Source of the DNA: an uncultured Acidobacteriaceae bacterium
Lineage (GTDB): Bacteria; Acidobacteriota; Terriglobia; Bryobacterales; Bryobacteraceae
NCBI GenBank assembly: GCA_963795905.1
Contig: CAWCJG010000009.1
Coordinates: 342,097 to 406,096, forward strand
Reading direction: 5' to 3'
Length of the DNA stretch: 64,000 nt
Below are positions 28,454-38,107 of this stretch, in pieces; positions within the stretch are counted from its first letter, which is position 1, and every line of letters begins with the position of its first letter. The position numbers were made by a program, and so were the translations under genes. The notes under the pieces are model-generated. The model was not told the DNA's origin, ran no database searches, and worked only from the letters and a program-made list of their open reading frames with translations.

Positions 28454-30157
28454 CTCGTTCCGCATGTGCAGCAGAATCCCGCCGGGATTCTTAACGCCGC
28501 TACTCGCAATCTCCTCAGCGCGCCGCTGCGAATCCGCTACCGCATAGATTCGCAATTCATCCGCATTTCCCGACGGCCGTACATGTGCGACCTCGCCGTT
28601 TCGAAACGTGATCCGTACGCCGTCCGTGTAGTTGATCCGGGCCACCGCATCGAAGCCGTCGCCGCTCGTGAAGAATTCCCGCAAACGTTTTGCGATCGCG
28701 CGAAGCTGCGCGCAGGCGCCCTCGTCTAGTGACACCGGCTTGCAATCCGTTCCCAGGGCAACCACACGATCCGTTTCAAAAACCACCTCCTGCAGATCGG
28801 CAACGGGAGTCAAAGCCGCTAAGATGCGCAGCGATGCAGTTCGCGGAAAATTCGGCAGCAGCGCCGCCTTACTGTAACGGCAGGTTACGCGCTCCAAGAG
28901 TTCAGTGAGCGTAATACCCTTCTCTTTCGCGCTGAAAAGCGCACACAGGATTGGCAGCATCGCATCTCGCGTAGCCAGCGCATGCAACACTTTCCCGTTC
29001 CGCTGAATATCGGACCCGAGGAGGAATCCGCCATTCGCTTCCCACCCGCACACGACTTTACAGCCGCGATCCCGCGCTCGCTCCATCGCCGAGATGACAA
29101 AGGGCGACCCGATACGCGTTTTCGGCTCCAACACCGAAGCCAGGCTGCTGCGGTCGATCGAATCATTGCAGCTAATCGGCACGACCACCGCGTCCGCTTT
29201 CAGATAATCGGCAACAATCATGCCCAGCAAATCGCCCCCGATAAAGCGCAGCTCTCCCGATGTAGCGACACCGAGCACCAGCGGCCGGTCGCTATCCCCA
29301 TCCGTCGATACAACGGCATCCAGCTTGCCGTGCTGATTCGCCAGTTCCTGAATCGTCGCAAGCTGCTCCGCGCCGATGTTCTCTGTATCAATCGGCACGA
29401 ACGTTGCGCTGCGGCCGGCAGGAATCACCTCTGCCCCAAAACGATTCAGCAAGGCGACCAGCAGATCACGGCCGACCGCCGAGTGCTGGTACGCCAGAAT
29501 CCGCCAGCCCGCCAGCGAGCAGTCGCTGAAGAACTCGGTGTAGCGGCGCACGTATTCGTCGCTCGCGTCCGGAACAGGCGGCGGAAGCTCAACCCGCTCC
29601 TTTAACATCCCGGCGGTATTGAACTTCGCCGCGCCGGCTGGCCTCGCATAGATCTCTTCACGCACCCGGCGCACGCCTCCATTAATCGGCCCTTCGTGCT
29701 CTTTCAGCAGTTCGCCACGCGATGTGTTCAGCTTGTAACCGTTTCGATCGAATGGGATGTGGCTGCCCGTAATCATCACGCTGCCTTTCCCCCGTGCCAG
29801 CGCATACGCCGTCAAGGCCGGAGTCGGAACCGCGCCCAGGTTTACGGGCTTCATTCCAGCATCCAGAATCGCTTGCGCAACGGCCTGCGCGATCTCGCCG
29901 CGCCCTGTTTCCGGATCGAGCGAGCACGAACTCGGACGCAAATCGCATCCGATATACACTTCATCGCCGCGGGAAATCCCCCCTCGCTCGGACGGAAGCG
30001 TCTGCAAATAACGCAGTTCCGCCACCGCGTTGATATAGATTTCGAGCTGTGTCAAATGTCGAATCTCGCCTCGCCGCCCACTGGTCCCAAACCGCATTTC
30101 CTGCGGCTCGTACGTGAGCGTCGAGCGTAGCGAATCAGCCATGTCTCTAGTGTGCAC
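28442..30157 (-). CDS. phosphoglucomutase/phosphomannomutase family protein
   Basis: 571 aa with FGTSGRRG, the active-site loop ITGSHIPFDRNGYK, the metal loop STDGDSDR and C-terminal RPSGNADELRIY. The track start is GTG 30157; ATG 30142 is the alternative. Confidence 0.85.
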   Translation of the reverse strand: MHTRDMADSLRSTLTYEPQEMRFGTSGRRGEIRHLTQLEIYINAVAELRYLQTLPSERGGISRGDEVYIGCDLRPSSCSLDPETGRGEIAQAVAQAILDAGMKPVNLGAVPTPALTAYALARGKGSVMITGSHIPFDRNGYKLNTSRGELLKEHEGPINGGVRRVREEIYARPAGAAKFNTAGMLKERVELPPPVPDASDEYVRRYTEFFSDCSLAGWRILAYQHSAVGRDLLVALLNRFGAEVIPAGRSATFVPIDTENIGAEQLATIQELANQHGKLDAVVSTDGDSDRPLVLGVATSGELRFIGGDLLGMIVADYLKADAVVVPISCNDSIDRSSLASVLEPKTRIGSPFVISAMERARDRGCKVVCGWEANGGFLLGSDIQRNGKVLHALATRDAMLPILCALFSAKEKGITLTELLERVTCRYSKAALLPNFPRTASLRILAALTPVADLQEVVFETDRVVALGTDCKPVSLDEGACAQLRAIAKRLREFFTSGDGFDAVARINYTDGVRITFRNGEVAHVRPSGNADELRIYAVADSQRRAEEIASSGVKNPGGILLHMRNELAG

Positions 30158-30204
30158 GTACGCTTTCGGCAGAGCTGCGTAACCGCGTTGGATTTAGGAT
30201 TTCT

Positions 30205-30282
30205 TTGCGCCAGGATCCGATGGACGGAGGTTCGAGCGATGTCCAGGGCGGGACAGATTTCGGACTGGGTGTTGAGTATCAA
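30205..30282 (-). other. possible relic of a recombinase/transposase-type helix-turn-helix
   Basis: The first 26 aa of ORF 30052-30282 read MILNTQSEICPALDIARTSVHRILAQ, resembling resolvase-type HTH (..EIA..LGISR.TVYRIL). There is no catalytic domain upstream: the epoxide hydrolase stop is 30 nt away. Confidence 0.25.
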
Positions 30283-30312
30283 CAGCCAAGAGAAGTGATT
30301 TACAATTTTGGC

Positions 30313-31575
30313 TTACTTCTGATCAACCTTTGCAAAGAACTTCTGTATATCGGCAACCAAGAGATCGGGCTGCTCCAGAGCCGCGAAGTGTCCGCCCTTC
30401 GGCATGTCGGTTTTCTGCACTAGGTTATATTTTTGAGTAATCCAGCTCAACGGTGGGACAGCCACCTCCTTCGGAAAATCCGCATACCCCACAGGAGTTT
30501 CCAGGCGTGGCCTCGGTACCGTTTCCTCTCTGGTGAGCCGGTCCTCACGATAAATTCGCATGGCGGAGCCGATCGTGCCGGTCGCCCAATAGAGCGTAAC
30601 ATCGGTTAAAAATGTGTCGCGATCCACAGCCGTAAGAAAATCGCCGTTATTGTCCGTAAGCAGTTGAAATTTGCCAATCATCCAGGCCAACCACCCCACT
30701 GGGGAGTCAGCAAGGGCGTAGGTAAGAGTCTGCGGTTCACTGGCCTGGAGGAAAAAAAAGCTGCTCTCTTCCCGGTCGAAGTAGGAATACCGTTTCCGCT
30801 CAGCATCGCTCATTTTCGCAACGGCTTCGGGGTTCGGCGGTGGCACACAAATCTGGTTCAGATGCAACCCGATCACATGCGTGGGCGCCTGGTAAGCCAT
30901 GTCTTGGGCTATTGCCGAACCCCAGTCACCACCCTGGATGCCGTACTTGGAATAACCCAAACGATCCATCAGAACAACTAAAGCCTTTGCCATACGCTGT
31001 GGTCCCCAGCCACGCGTTGTGGTGGGACCGGAATATCCAAAGCCAGGCAGCGAGGGAATGATAACGTCAAAGGCCGGGCAATTTCTGTCTTTGGGATCGG
31101 TGAGCGGCCCAATGAGCTTCTCAAACTCCAAAATCGAGCCGGGCCATCCGTGAATCAGCATCAACGGTATGGCATCAGGGCGGGGAGAGCGCTGATGGAT
31201 GAAATAGATTTGTTGTCCATCAATTTCCGTTGTGAACTGGTCAAACTGATTGATGTTCGCTTCTTGCGCACGCCAGTCGTAGCCGTTCTGCCAATAATCC
31301 GCGAGCTGCCGAACCTTCTTGATGTCGGCACCGTACTCCCAGGTCGTGCCCGGAAGCTGATCGGGCCAGTTGGCTTGCGCCAGACGTCGGCGAAGATCAA
31401 TTAAAACGCGGTCGGGAACATGCATTTTGAACGGCCGGACGGCGGCAGTTTCCGGCTTCGCAGGCGGTTGCGTTTCTCCAAGTGCAATTGCGGAAAGCAA
31501 AAGGAACACGGCCGGTAGAAGCCTCCCGCACTGCCAGACTGTCCTTTTCGCTTTCTCGAATCCAGTTTTCATCAT
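30313..31575 (-). CDS. secreted epoxide hydrolase (EHN N-terminal domain + alpha/beta hydrolase)
   Basis: Signal peptide, then RPFKMHVPDRVLIDLRRRL...WEYG...LADYW...YDWR, HGWPGS and GGDWGS. Confidence 0.85.
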   Translation of the reverse strand: MMKTGFEKAKRTVWQCGRLLPAVFLLLSAIALGETQPPAKPETAAVRPFKMHVPDRVLIDLRRRLAQANWPDQLPGTTWEYGADIKKVRQLADYWQNGYDWRAQEANINQFDQFTTEIDGQQIYFIHQRSPRPDAIPLMLIHGWPGSILEFEKLIGPLTDPKDRNCPAFDVIIPSLPGFGYSGPTTTRGWGPQRMAKALVVLMDRLGYSKYGIQGGDWGSAIAQDMAYQAPTHVIGLHLNQICVPPPNPEAVAKMSDAERKRYSYFDREESSFFFLQASEPQTLTYALADSPVGWLAWMIGKFQLLTDNNGDFLTAVDRDTFLTDVTLYWATGTIGSAMRIYREDRLTREETVPRPRLETPVGYADFPKEVAVPPLSWITQKYNLVQKTDMPKGGHFAALEQPDLLVADIQKFFAKVDQK

Positions 31576-31885
31576 GCTCTTGCGTCCTCAATGATTCCGA
31601 GCCTGCACTGAAACACTGAAATGGCCCTCCTTACATCTGATCCGGAGCTCCACCTAACCGCACATAGGTGGGAGCGGCGAAGTTATCCATCGGTTCCGGC
31701 TCACCTAGGAACTATGGAGTTAGAAATGTCGGAGAGTTGGGAATTTAAACGAGACACAGATTGAGTCGCGTATCGGATTCACTCCATACTGCACCATCCA
31801 TGATCGGCGGTCGGTTGCTGGCAATTCTGGGTCACGTTGATATTCGACGTGACCCATCTTGCTCCCGCATAACCGCTGGCCTTGA

Positions 31886-31926
31886 CCTTCGCACAACACC
31901 GAGCTGAGATGCATGTTGTGCGAAGG
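31886..31926 (-). terminator. 13-bp perfect inverted repeat 14 nt after the HAF gene stop (terminator-like)
   Basis: ccttcgcacaaca-N15-tgttgtgcgaagg. No strong U-tract after it on the minus strand. Confidence 0.45.
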
Positions 31927-31939
31927 TTACGAATTGCAT

Positions 31940-33223
31940 TTATCGCGGGACCTGGTTGAGTCCGATGGTTCGATGCAATAGCAGATTGTGCGCGTTCGCG
32001 GGCATCGGAAAGTCCGGGTGCTCGCCCACTTCGTCCGCGACGGACCGGTCGATACTGTCGTCTACAGGGGTGGCGAGAAAGGCATCGACTTCGCCCTTAT
32101 GCGGCCCGCTGCGTACGACCGCCATGCCAGAGATTTGTCCTTTATCATTTATCTGGTTAGCCATGGTTGCGTAGAGGTTGGAACTCGCCGGAAACAGCTT
32201 ATTCAGGTTGATCGTCTTGCCGTTTTCCCAGATGAGGGCATGGGACCACTCGAACTTGGAGTCCAGAGCGCTTCCTACCACCTGACCCTGGTTGTTGATG
32301 GCCTCGCCCAGGGCGAGAATATCTCCCGGCAGAGCCTTGAGGATGGTGAGTGTTTGGTCCTGCCAAAGAGCGGCATAGAAGAATGTGCCGTTGCTGACCG
32401 TCCCAACAATCTGGCCCTGGTCGTTAATGCCGTAGGCCTCATTCGAGCCGGTAATTCCAAGGTCAGGAAGCGGGGTGGGGTAGCCATATTCCCAAACCAC
32501 GGCGTGATTCTTTATTATTGAGCCGGGGCAGGTTCCCGAGTACCCTACGGTATCGCCCTGACTATTGATGTCGACCGCTTCTGAGTCTGGATCGCTACCC
32601 ACCGGAGGAAGAGGTTGGGCTTTGCCGTTTTCCCACAACACCCCCAGTACAATCCGATTATTAGCCACGTTAGACGGGCATGTGGAGTCCACGCTACCGT
32701 TTTCCGCAAATCCTGCGACTTGTCCATGGTTATTGATCGCGCTGGCCTGCCCGTTATTTCCCCCGAGAGTGGGAAGAGCGCTCATGCTGCCGTTTTGCCA
32801 AAAAAACGGACGACATGTGAGTCCTGTGCCGAAGGCACAAACGTCTTCGCCGTCGGGATCCGGGACACTCGTTTCGGCATAACCCACTGCCTGTCCTTGA
32901 TCGTTTATCCCGCCATAGTTCGTGAAACTGTTCTTTCCTCCGAGCGTGCCGAGATCGAAGTTGATTCCGTCGATGTCTATCGCTGCGCGTCCGCCTAGAA
33001 GTGCGACCACGAAATCCTCCTTCCCCGGCGGCATTTTCCCTTCCATGACCTCCGTCCATCCGCGGTTGTTGAGACCCATGGCACAACCCAAATTCCCGCT
33101 GTCTAGATGGCCCAAATCGGTAACTTTGTAGCTTCTTTGAGCGACTGCACTGCTGCAGCAAGCTATAACAATCGTCGTAGCCCACACTGTCCGGCAATTG
33201 CGCGACTGACTAACAATGTTCAT
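31940..33223 (-). CDS. secreted HAF-family repeat protein
   Basis: ATG 33223 has an AAGGAAG RBS and a signal peptide ending CCSSAVAQ. At least 7 repeats of the type G..S.A.GINd.GQvvG (GINDQGQAVGYA, AINNHGQVAGFA, DINSQGDTVGYS, GINDQGQIVGTV, AINNQGQVVGSA, QINDKGQISGMA). Confidence 0.8.
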   Translation of the reverse strand: MNIVSQSRNCRTVWATTIVIACCSSAVAQRSYKVTDLGHLDSGNLGCAMGLNNRGWTEVMEGKMPPGKEDFVVALLGGRAAIDIDGINFDLGTLGGKNSFTNYGGINDQGQAVGYAETSVPDPDGEDVCAFGTGLTCRPFFWQNGSMSALPTLGGNNGQASAINNHGQVAGFAENGSVDSTCPSNVANNRIVLGVLWENGKAQPLPPVGSDPDSEAVDINSQGDTVGYSGTCPGSIIKNHAVVWEYGYPTPLPDLGITGSNEAYGINDQGQIVGTVSNGTFFYAALWQDQTLTILKALPGDILALGEAINNQGQVVGSALDSKFEWSHALIWENGKTINLNKLFPASSNLYATMANQINDKGQISGMAVVRSGPHKGEVDAFLATPVDDSIDRSVADEVGEHPDFPMPANAHNLLLHRTIGLNQVPR

Positions 33224-33521
33224 ATCTTCTTCCTTCAGTAAAGTCGTTTTACCCGATGATTGGCGAATTACGTCAGGTACAACTCGGGCGCTCTGATCGA
33301 CCCCGTCACGTTCATTCAAGTTCAGGTACCGCGTTGCGGTGAATTACATCGGGCTGTAAACGTATCAGGAGCGTAGCTTAAGGCGGTTAAGGATGCGGAC
33401 CTAATCCGCAGCATGATTCAGAAACGTGGTGAGTTGAGGGTTTTGCGTTCCAGGCCGGGGAAAACCAGGGCCTGAGGCTTAGAGGCGATTCGAGCTCTTC
33501 GGGCTTCGCAATACCGGGGTC

Positions 33522-34037
33522 TTACGTACAGGACTGTACATCCGGCTGAATCGACACGTCGTTCCGACGTGAATCCTGCCTCCTATATCCGAATTGAGCG
33601 ACGGCAAATTGAAAGTTCTTGCACCGAACCGTTTTCCGGTCGAGTCCGTTCCAACCTTCTGGCAACGGCGGAATTTCAAGTTCCATCGCATCCGTCGCGG
33701 TGAAGACGTACCCGTTGTAGGTGGTTCGGATGACCGTCTGTCCTGGGGAGTGGACCAGCGGCATGTGGAGATTTTGCATCCAACGATTTTTGTCTGGCCC
33801 AATCCCGACGCCACAGACATAGACATAGGGATATCGGTCCATGGCATCGAGCCTATACACTCGTCCACTGCAGGCGCTTCCGGTGTAGAACTCTTCGTGA
33901 CGCAGCCCGTTGAAGCATGCCTGACAATGATGCTCCGGCCTAAACCCGTTGACGTAGAAAGCCCAAATGAACCGGAAACCTTGAACGAGCCCATTCGGCA
34001 GATCCGGATGCGATACCAATAACGAGATCCTGGACAC
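33522..34037 (-). CDS. hypothetical protein (orphan, aromatic/Cys-rich, no signal peptide seen)
   Basis: 171-aa ORF with a GTG start. Its frame has the most coding-like third-position GC of the three overlapping ORFs here. It sits between the LytTR regulator and the HAF gene on the same strand. No family recognised. Confidence 0.4.
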   Translation of the reverse strand: MSRISLLVSHPDLPNGLVQGFRFIWAFYVNGFRPEHHCQACFNGLRHEEFYTGSACSGRVYRLDAMDRYPYVYVCGVGIGPDKNRWMQNLHMPLVHSPGQTVIRTTYNGYVFTATDAMELEIPPLPEGWNGLDRKTVRCKNFQFAVAQFGYRRQDSRRNDVSIQPDVQSCT

Positions 34038-34119
34038 ACCCTACATATCGGCACTTTTCTCCGTTGCTGCGCGTAGCCGCACATACCATTAGGTTGGGTA
34101 GGTTCGTCGTTTGTTCGCC

Positions 34120-34902
34120 CTATTCTGATCCTACAAACGCCTTTCTAGTTTGGCCAGACGACAACCAGCGCTCAAGCCGGTCAGCGTAGGTGCGGCTCGA
34201 GCGATGCTCCGAGTCGTCAGAGAGCATCACCATAAATTCCCGGTTCTCGATGGATCGCAATTCCACGATTACTCTTGACTGCACAATCCGGGAGCGGTGT
34301 ATGCGGATAAACTTTGCCGGGTCGAGCCGCTGTTCGAGAGAAGCCATCGATTCGCGTAGCAGGAAACAACGACCATTGACATGAAGTTCAACATAGTTGC
34401 CGGCAGACCCAACCCACTCAATATCGTCTGCAACGACGATTTGAATACGAGATCCGCTCTGGACTGCAAACCGGGACGCATATTGATCCGATGCGCCGTC
34501 CAGCATTTTCATAACTCGCTGTGCCATGTCGGTCTTCAGCTTGGAATCGACCAGATCACGAGCTCGGCTGATTGCCGCCGCGAAGCGTGTGTCGTCCACT
34601 GGCTTCAGCAAGTAATGCAGTGCGTGGAAGTCGAATGCCCGCAAAACGTGTTGATCATACGCTGTAAGAAAAATCACTGCAGGAATATTTTCTCTGGGCA
34701 ATGCACGCAGAACCTCGAAACCGTCCATGCCCGGCATCTGGATGTCGAGGAATACAACGTCCGGAGATCGCTCCAGGATCCTATTCACCGCGGATGGCCC
34801 ATCTCCGCATTCCCCAACTATGTCAATATCCTTGAACCGGCGCAGCATGAGAACCACCCCGCGGCGCGCCAATGGCTCGTCATCGACGATCAGAGCCCGC
34901 AC
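34120..34902 (-). CDS. LytR/AlgR-family response regulator (receiver + LytTR DNA-binding domain)
   Basis: GTG 34902 preceded by GGAGGC. VRALIVDDEPLARRG...DVVFLDIQMPGMDGFEV...FLTAYDQH. The LytTR C-terminus reads ...IEWVGSAGNYVELHV...FIRIHRSRIV. Confidence 0.85.
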   Translation of the reverse strand: MRALIVDDEPLARRGVVLMLRRFKDIDIVGECGDGPSAVNRILERSPDVVFLDIQMPGMDGFEVLRALPRENIPAVIFLTAYDQHVLRAFDFHALHYLLKPVDDTRFAAAISRARDLVDSKLKTDMAQRVMKMLDGASDQYASRFAVQSGSRIQIVVADDIEWVGSAGNYVELHVNGRCFLLRESMASLEQRLDPAKFIRIHRSRIVQSRVIVELRSIENREFMVMLSDDSEHRSSRTYADRLERWLSSGQTRKAFVGSE

Positions 34903-35978
34903 AGTGAAGCCTCCTGAAGGTTCGGAACCCTGCGTAACGGCAACTCGAGTGCCACTTCGCAACCGCCCGCTTCGAGCCACACAAGCGAGAATTCAAAATC
35001 CGTCCCATAGAGTGTTTTCAGGCGCTCCTCCGTGTTTCCAAGACCGATTCCAATTCCGTTCTTTTTGTGCTCGCCCTCACCTCGCGGACCGGAGTTCCCG
35101 ATAACAATTCGCAACCTGTCGGCTTGCACCGAACTCTTGATCGCAATCCACCCCCCATCGACCAGAGGCGCCACCCCGTAGCGCACGGCATTCTCAACCA
35201 GCGGCTGCAGCAACATGTTTGGCACCAGGGCATCGCGCGTCTCCAATGGAGCAGTGATATCGATTCTTAGCCGCTCTCCAAATCGTGTTTGCTCGATTGC
35301 CAAGTACCCTTCGGTAAAGGCCAGTTCCTGAGAGAGCGCCACCTCTGCTGTGACTTCGGAAGCCAGACTTGTGCGCAGAAGATCCCCTATCTGCGCCAGC
35401 ATCCGCCTGGCCGCCGGGGCGTTTTCATCCAGGATGAGCATAGACACCGCATTGAGCGAGTTGAATAAGAAATGGGGATTCAGTTGATAGCGCAATGCAA
35501 GCAACCTCGCCTCTCGAACCTCAGTTTCTGCGCGAAGCAATCGCTCCTTCTCCTCGTTAGATGTCTGCCATTGCTTAATGCTGAAATACAAACTACACCA
35601 GATGAAAAGGATGAAAAACGACCACATCAAGACTGCAACCAAGGCGTGCCACGGTACGCGATGAAAAATCTGCAAAACAAGGCAGGCTGCGCAGGCTACG
35701 GGAATGGACGTGACCATGGCCGCTGCGGCTGCTTTCAATTCAAAAGCGACCCAGGACTGCGATTGTCGCAGCAGCCGACGGCAAAAAGGGTGCAGGGCAC
35801 AACTTCCCAGGAACATGAAAACGATAGGCACTGTCTTTTCATCGATATCAACGCGCTTGGTCAAAAACTCATGAATCGATTCCAGAAGCTCGAAAAGATA
35901 GAAGCAGCCCCATCCGATAATTTGGATTTTCCAAAAGGACCGCAAATCCAAGGCATCAGTTCGATTCATGAAGCGCAT
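34890..35978 (-). CDS. LytS/YehU-type sensor histidine kinase (His_kinase PF06580 + HATPase)
   Basis: Four N-terminal TM helices, then LRYQLNPHFLFNSLN (phospho-His box), LLQPLVENAVRYG and GIGIGLGNT. Its stop overlaps the regulator start by 13 nt. Confidence 0.85.
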   Translation of the reverse strand: MRFMNRTDALDLRSFWKIQIIGWGCFYLFELLESIHEFLTKRVDIDEKTVPIVFMFLGSCALHPFCRRLLRQSQSWVAFELKAAAAAMVTSIPVACAACLVLQIFHRVPWHALVAVLMWSFFILFIWCSLYFSIKQWQTSNEEKERLLRAETEVREARLLALRYQLNPHFLFNSLNAVSMLILDENAPAARRMLAQIGDLLRTSLASEVTAEVALSQELAFTEGYLAIEQTRFGERLRIDITAPLETRDALVPNMLLQPLVENAVRYGVAPLVDGGWIAIKSSVQADRLRIVIGNSGPRGEGEHKKNGIGIGLGNTEERLKTLYGTDFEFSLVWLEAGGCEVALELPLRRVPNLQEASLCGL

Positions 35979-36125
35979 TCTAGCTCAGCTGAGGAGTGGC
36001 ACTCCACGGTCCAAAACGCAAAACCTTCAACTCATCACATCTCTCGGTCGCTCAGCGGAATGGGTCAGATTTCGCAACCCTCGGTGGTGTGCACTGTATG
36101 ATGTTGACGGGGGAACAAACGGCGA

Positions 36126-36656
36126 ATGCAGCGCTATATCGCCCTCCTCGGAGGCATGAATGTCGGCGGTCACCGGATCAAAATGGACGAGTTGTGCCGC
36201 CTATTCGAAGCCGCGAATTGCCAAAAGCCGTCTGCCTTCATCGCGAGTGGCAATGTGATCTTTTCGACGGCGAAGCGCGACCGTGCCGGATTAGAAGCTG
36301 CGCTTGCCACGCATCTCGAAGCGAGCCTCGGGTATCACGTGCCGACCTTCCTGCGCACACCGGAAGAAATCGACGCGATCATCCGTTATGAACCCTTCGA
36401 CCTCGAAGCGGCGGGCTCCACAATGCATGTCTGCTTCCTGCATCGCCCGATGACCGAAGTCGAACAGTCGATCGCAAAAGCCTGCAATTGCGCGTCGGAC
36501 GAACTTCACCCGCACGGGTCTGAACTGTATTGGCTCTGCCGCGGACGCGTGACCGAATCCCAAATTAAGTGGAAACCACTCGCAAAGAAAATCGGCGAAT
36601 CGACCGCCCGAAACATTACAATGCTTCGCCGGCTATCCGAACACTTGAAGGCATGA
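36126..36656 (+). CDS. DUF1697 domain protein
   Basis: MQRYIALLGGMNVGGHRIKMDEL...FIASGNVIF is the canonical DUF1697 N-terminus. Confidence 0.8.
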   Translation: MQRYIALLGGMNVGGHRIKMDELCRLFEAANCQKPSAFIASGNVIFSTAKRDRAGLEAALATHLEASLGYHVPTFLRTPEEIDAIIRYEPFDLEAAGSTMHVCFLHRPMTEVEQSIAKACNCASDELHPHGSELYWLCRGRVTESQIKWKPLAKKIGESTARNITMLRRLSEHLKA

Positions 36657-36662
36657 TCCCGG

Positions 36663-38089
36663 TCAAGGGTTTGCCCACCCGCCGCCCAGCGCCTTATAGA
36701 GCGCAACCAGGTCCGTGCGCACGGCAGTCTGGCTTTGGGCAAGCGCGTCCTCATTCGCAAGTTCCTCACGCTGAGCATCCAGCACGCTCAAGAAATCGGC
36801 CAAGCCGCGCACATACAGTTCCCGCGAAAGCTGTTCGGCTTGTCTGCTCGCCTCGACGGCAGCCTGAAGCTTGGCAACGCGTTCCTGTTCCCGGCCATAG
36901 CTGGACAACGCATCCTCGGTCTCACGCAGCGCGATTAACAAAGTCTGACGATATTGTGTTTCGGCTTCCGCAAGCTGCTGTCGTCGTGCCGCGATGTTCG
37001 CGCGGACCCGCCCTGCCTGGAAAATCGGAATCGTGATGCCCGGTCCGACGGAGAAGAAGTTGCCTGCGCCGAGTGTGAAGCCGGACAAGTCGGTCGATTG
37101 ACGCCCCGCGGCGCCGGTCAGCACAATCTTGGGGAACAGGTCCGCTTTCGCCGCGCCGACGTTTTCCCCCGCCGCAATTAGGTCCATGCGAGCGCGTCGC
37201 AGATCCGGCCGCCGCTCCAGCAGTGACGCCGGCAAGCCGACCGCAACCGCCTGAGGCACGTTCGGCAGCGGCGCCGTGGGCGTTAACTGATCGTGCAACG
37301 CAGCGGGATCCTTTCCCAGGAGAACGCTCAATGCGTGAATGTCGATGGCAATTTGTGCGTCGAAATCCGGAAGGAGCGCCTCCGTCGAAGCCACCTGCTG
37401 CTTCTGCCGCTCCACGTCGAACTGATTCTCTAGGCCAGCCTGCGCCCGCACTTCGGTGAGATGCAACGAATCGCGCTGCAGTGCAAGGTTGCGTTGCACA
37501 ATCGCCAAACGCTCCTGCACGCCGCGCAGGTCCATGTAGGTTCGCGATACCTCACCCAGCACGCTCAACAGAACGTCATGCCGCGATTCCTCGCTCGATT
37601 GAACCTGCGCCGTCGCCGCATGCAGTTCGTGGCGGCGGCCGCCGAATAGATCGATTTCCCAGGAAGCATCGAACCCGATCTGAAACAGATTGCTCTCAAA
37701 GGGCTGAACGAAAATGCCGCCTCCTGGCGCATTCGTGATATGGATGTTGCCGTTTTCAAACCCACCGCGAATGCGCTGAAACGAATCGGTATTGTTGACC
37801 GACGGCAGAAGACCTGCACGCGCAACGCGGCGTTCGGCCCGGCTCTCGAGCACGCGCTCCTGCGCAAGTTGGATATCCAGGTTATTGCGCACGGCTTCGC
37901 GAATCAATGAGGTCAGAGGTCGGATCGGAAAACGATTCCCACCACTTCCCGGCAGGTTGCTCCAGGTTCGTCCCAGTTGAGATAGTTGTTCGCTGAATTG
38001 CGCGGGTGGCTTGCAGTTCCAGAGTCGGGGCTTTAGCCGCATTAAGCGAAGCCGAACAGCACGAAGACCAAGGCGAATAGGTTTAGCAT
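36663..38089 (-). CDS. efflux outer-membrane factor lipoprotein (NodT/TolC family); N-terminal about 60 codons frame-broken
   Basis: Body in ORF 36663-38042: LIREAVRNNLDIQLA, two TolC repeats, ALGGGW at the C-terminus. ATG 38089 with a GAGGGA RBS gives MLNLFALVFVLFGFA (lipoprotein signal). KWWESFSDP is recovered in a third frame. Confidence 0.8.
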
Positions 38090-38107
38090 GGAGTTCCCTC
38101 TCGCTTG

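Noticed and set aside
30215-30250. tRNA-like GGTTCGAGC T-loop motif (a similar gaatcgaatccc occurs at about 52470 inside the IS)
   Set aside because: There are no flanking acceptor, D or anticodon stems, and the complementary arm needed for a T-stem is absent.
31829-31856. 9-bp inverted repeat gggtcacgt-N9-acgtgaccc in the epoxide hydrolase/HAF intergenic region, considered as a regulator binding site
   Set aside because: It is a single occurrence with no second copy or recognisable operator family. It lies downstream of both flanking genes' 3-prime and 5-prime logic, so its function cannot be argued from sequence.
33479-34084. Alternative ORFs over the orphan-gene locus (201 aa on the minus strand, and 142 aa on the plus strand at 33594-34022)
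   Set aside because: Their translations are Ser/Arg/Thr/Pro-rich or lack coding-like third-position bias. The 171-aa frame (33522-34037) looks most protein-like, although even that call has low confidence.
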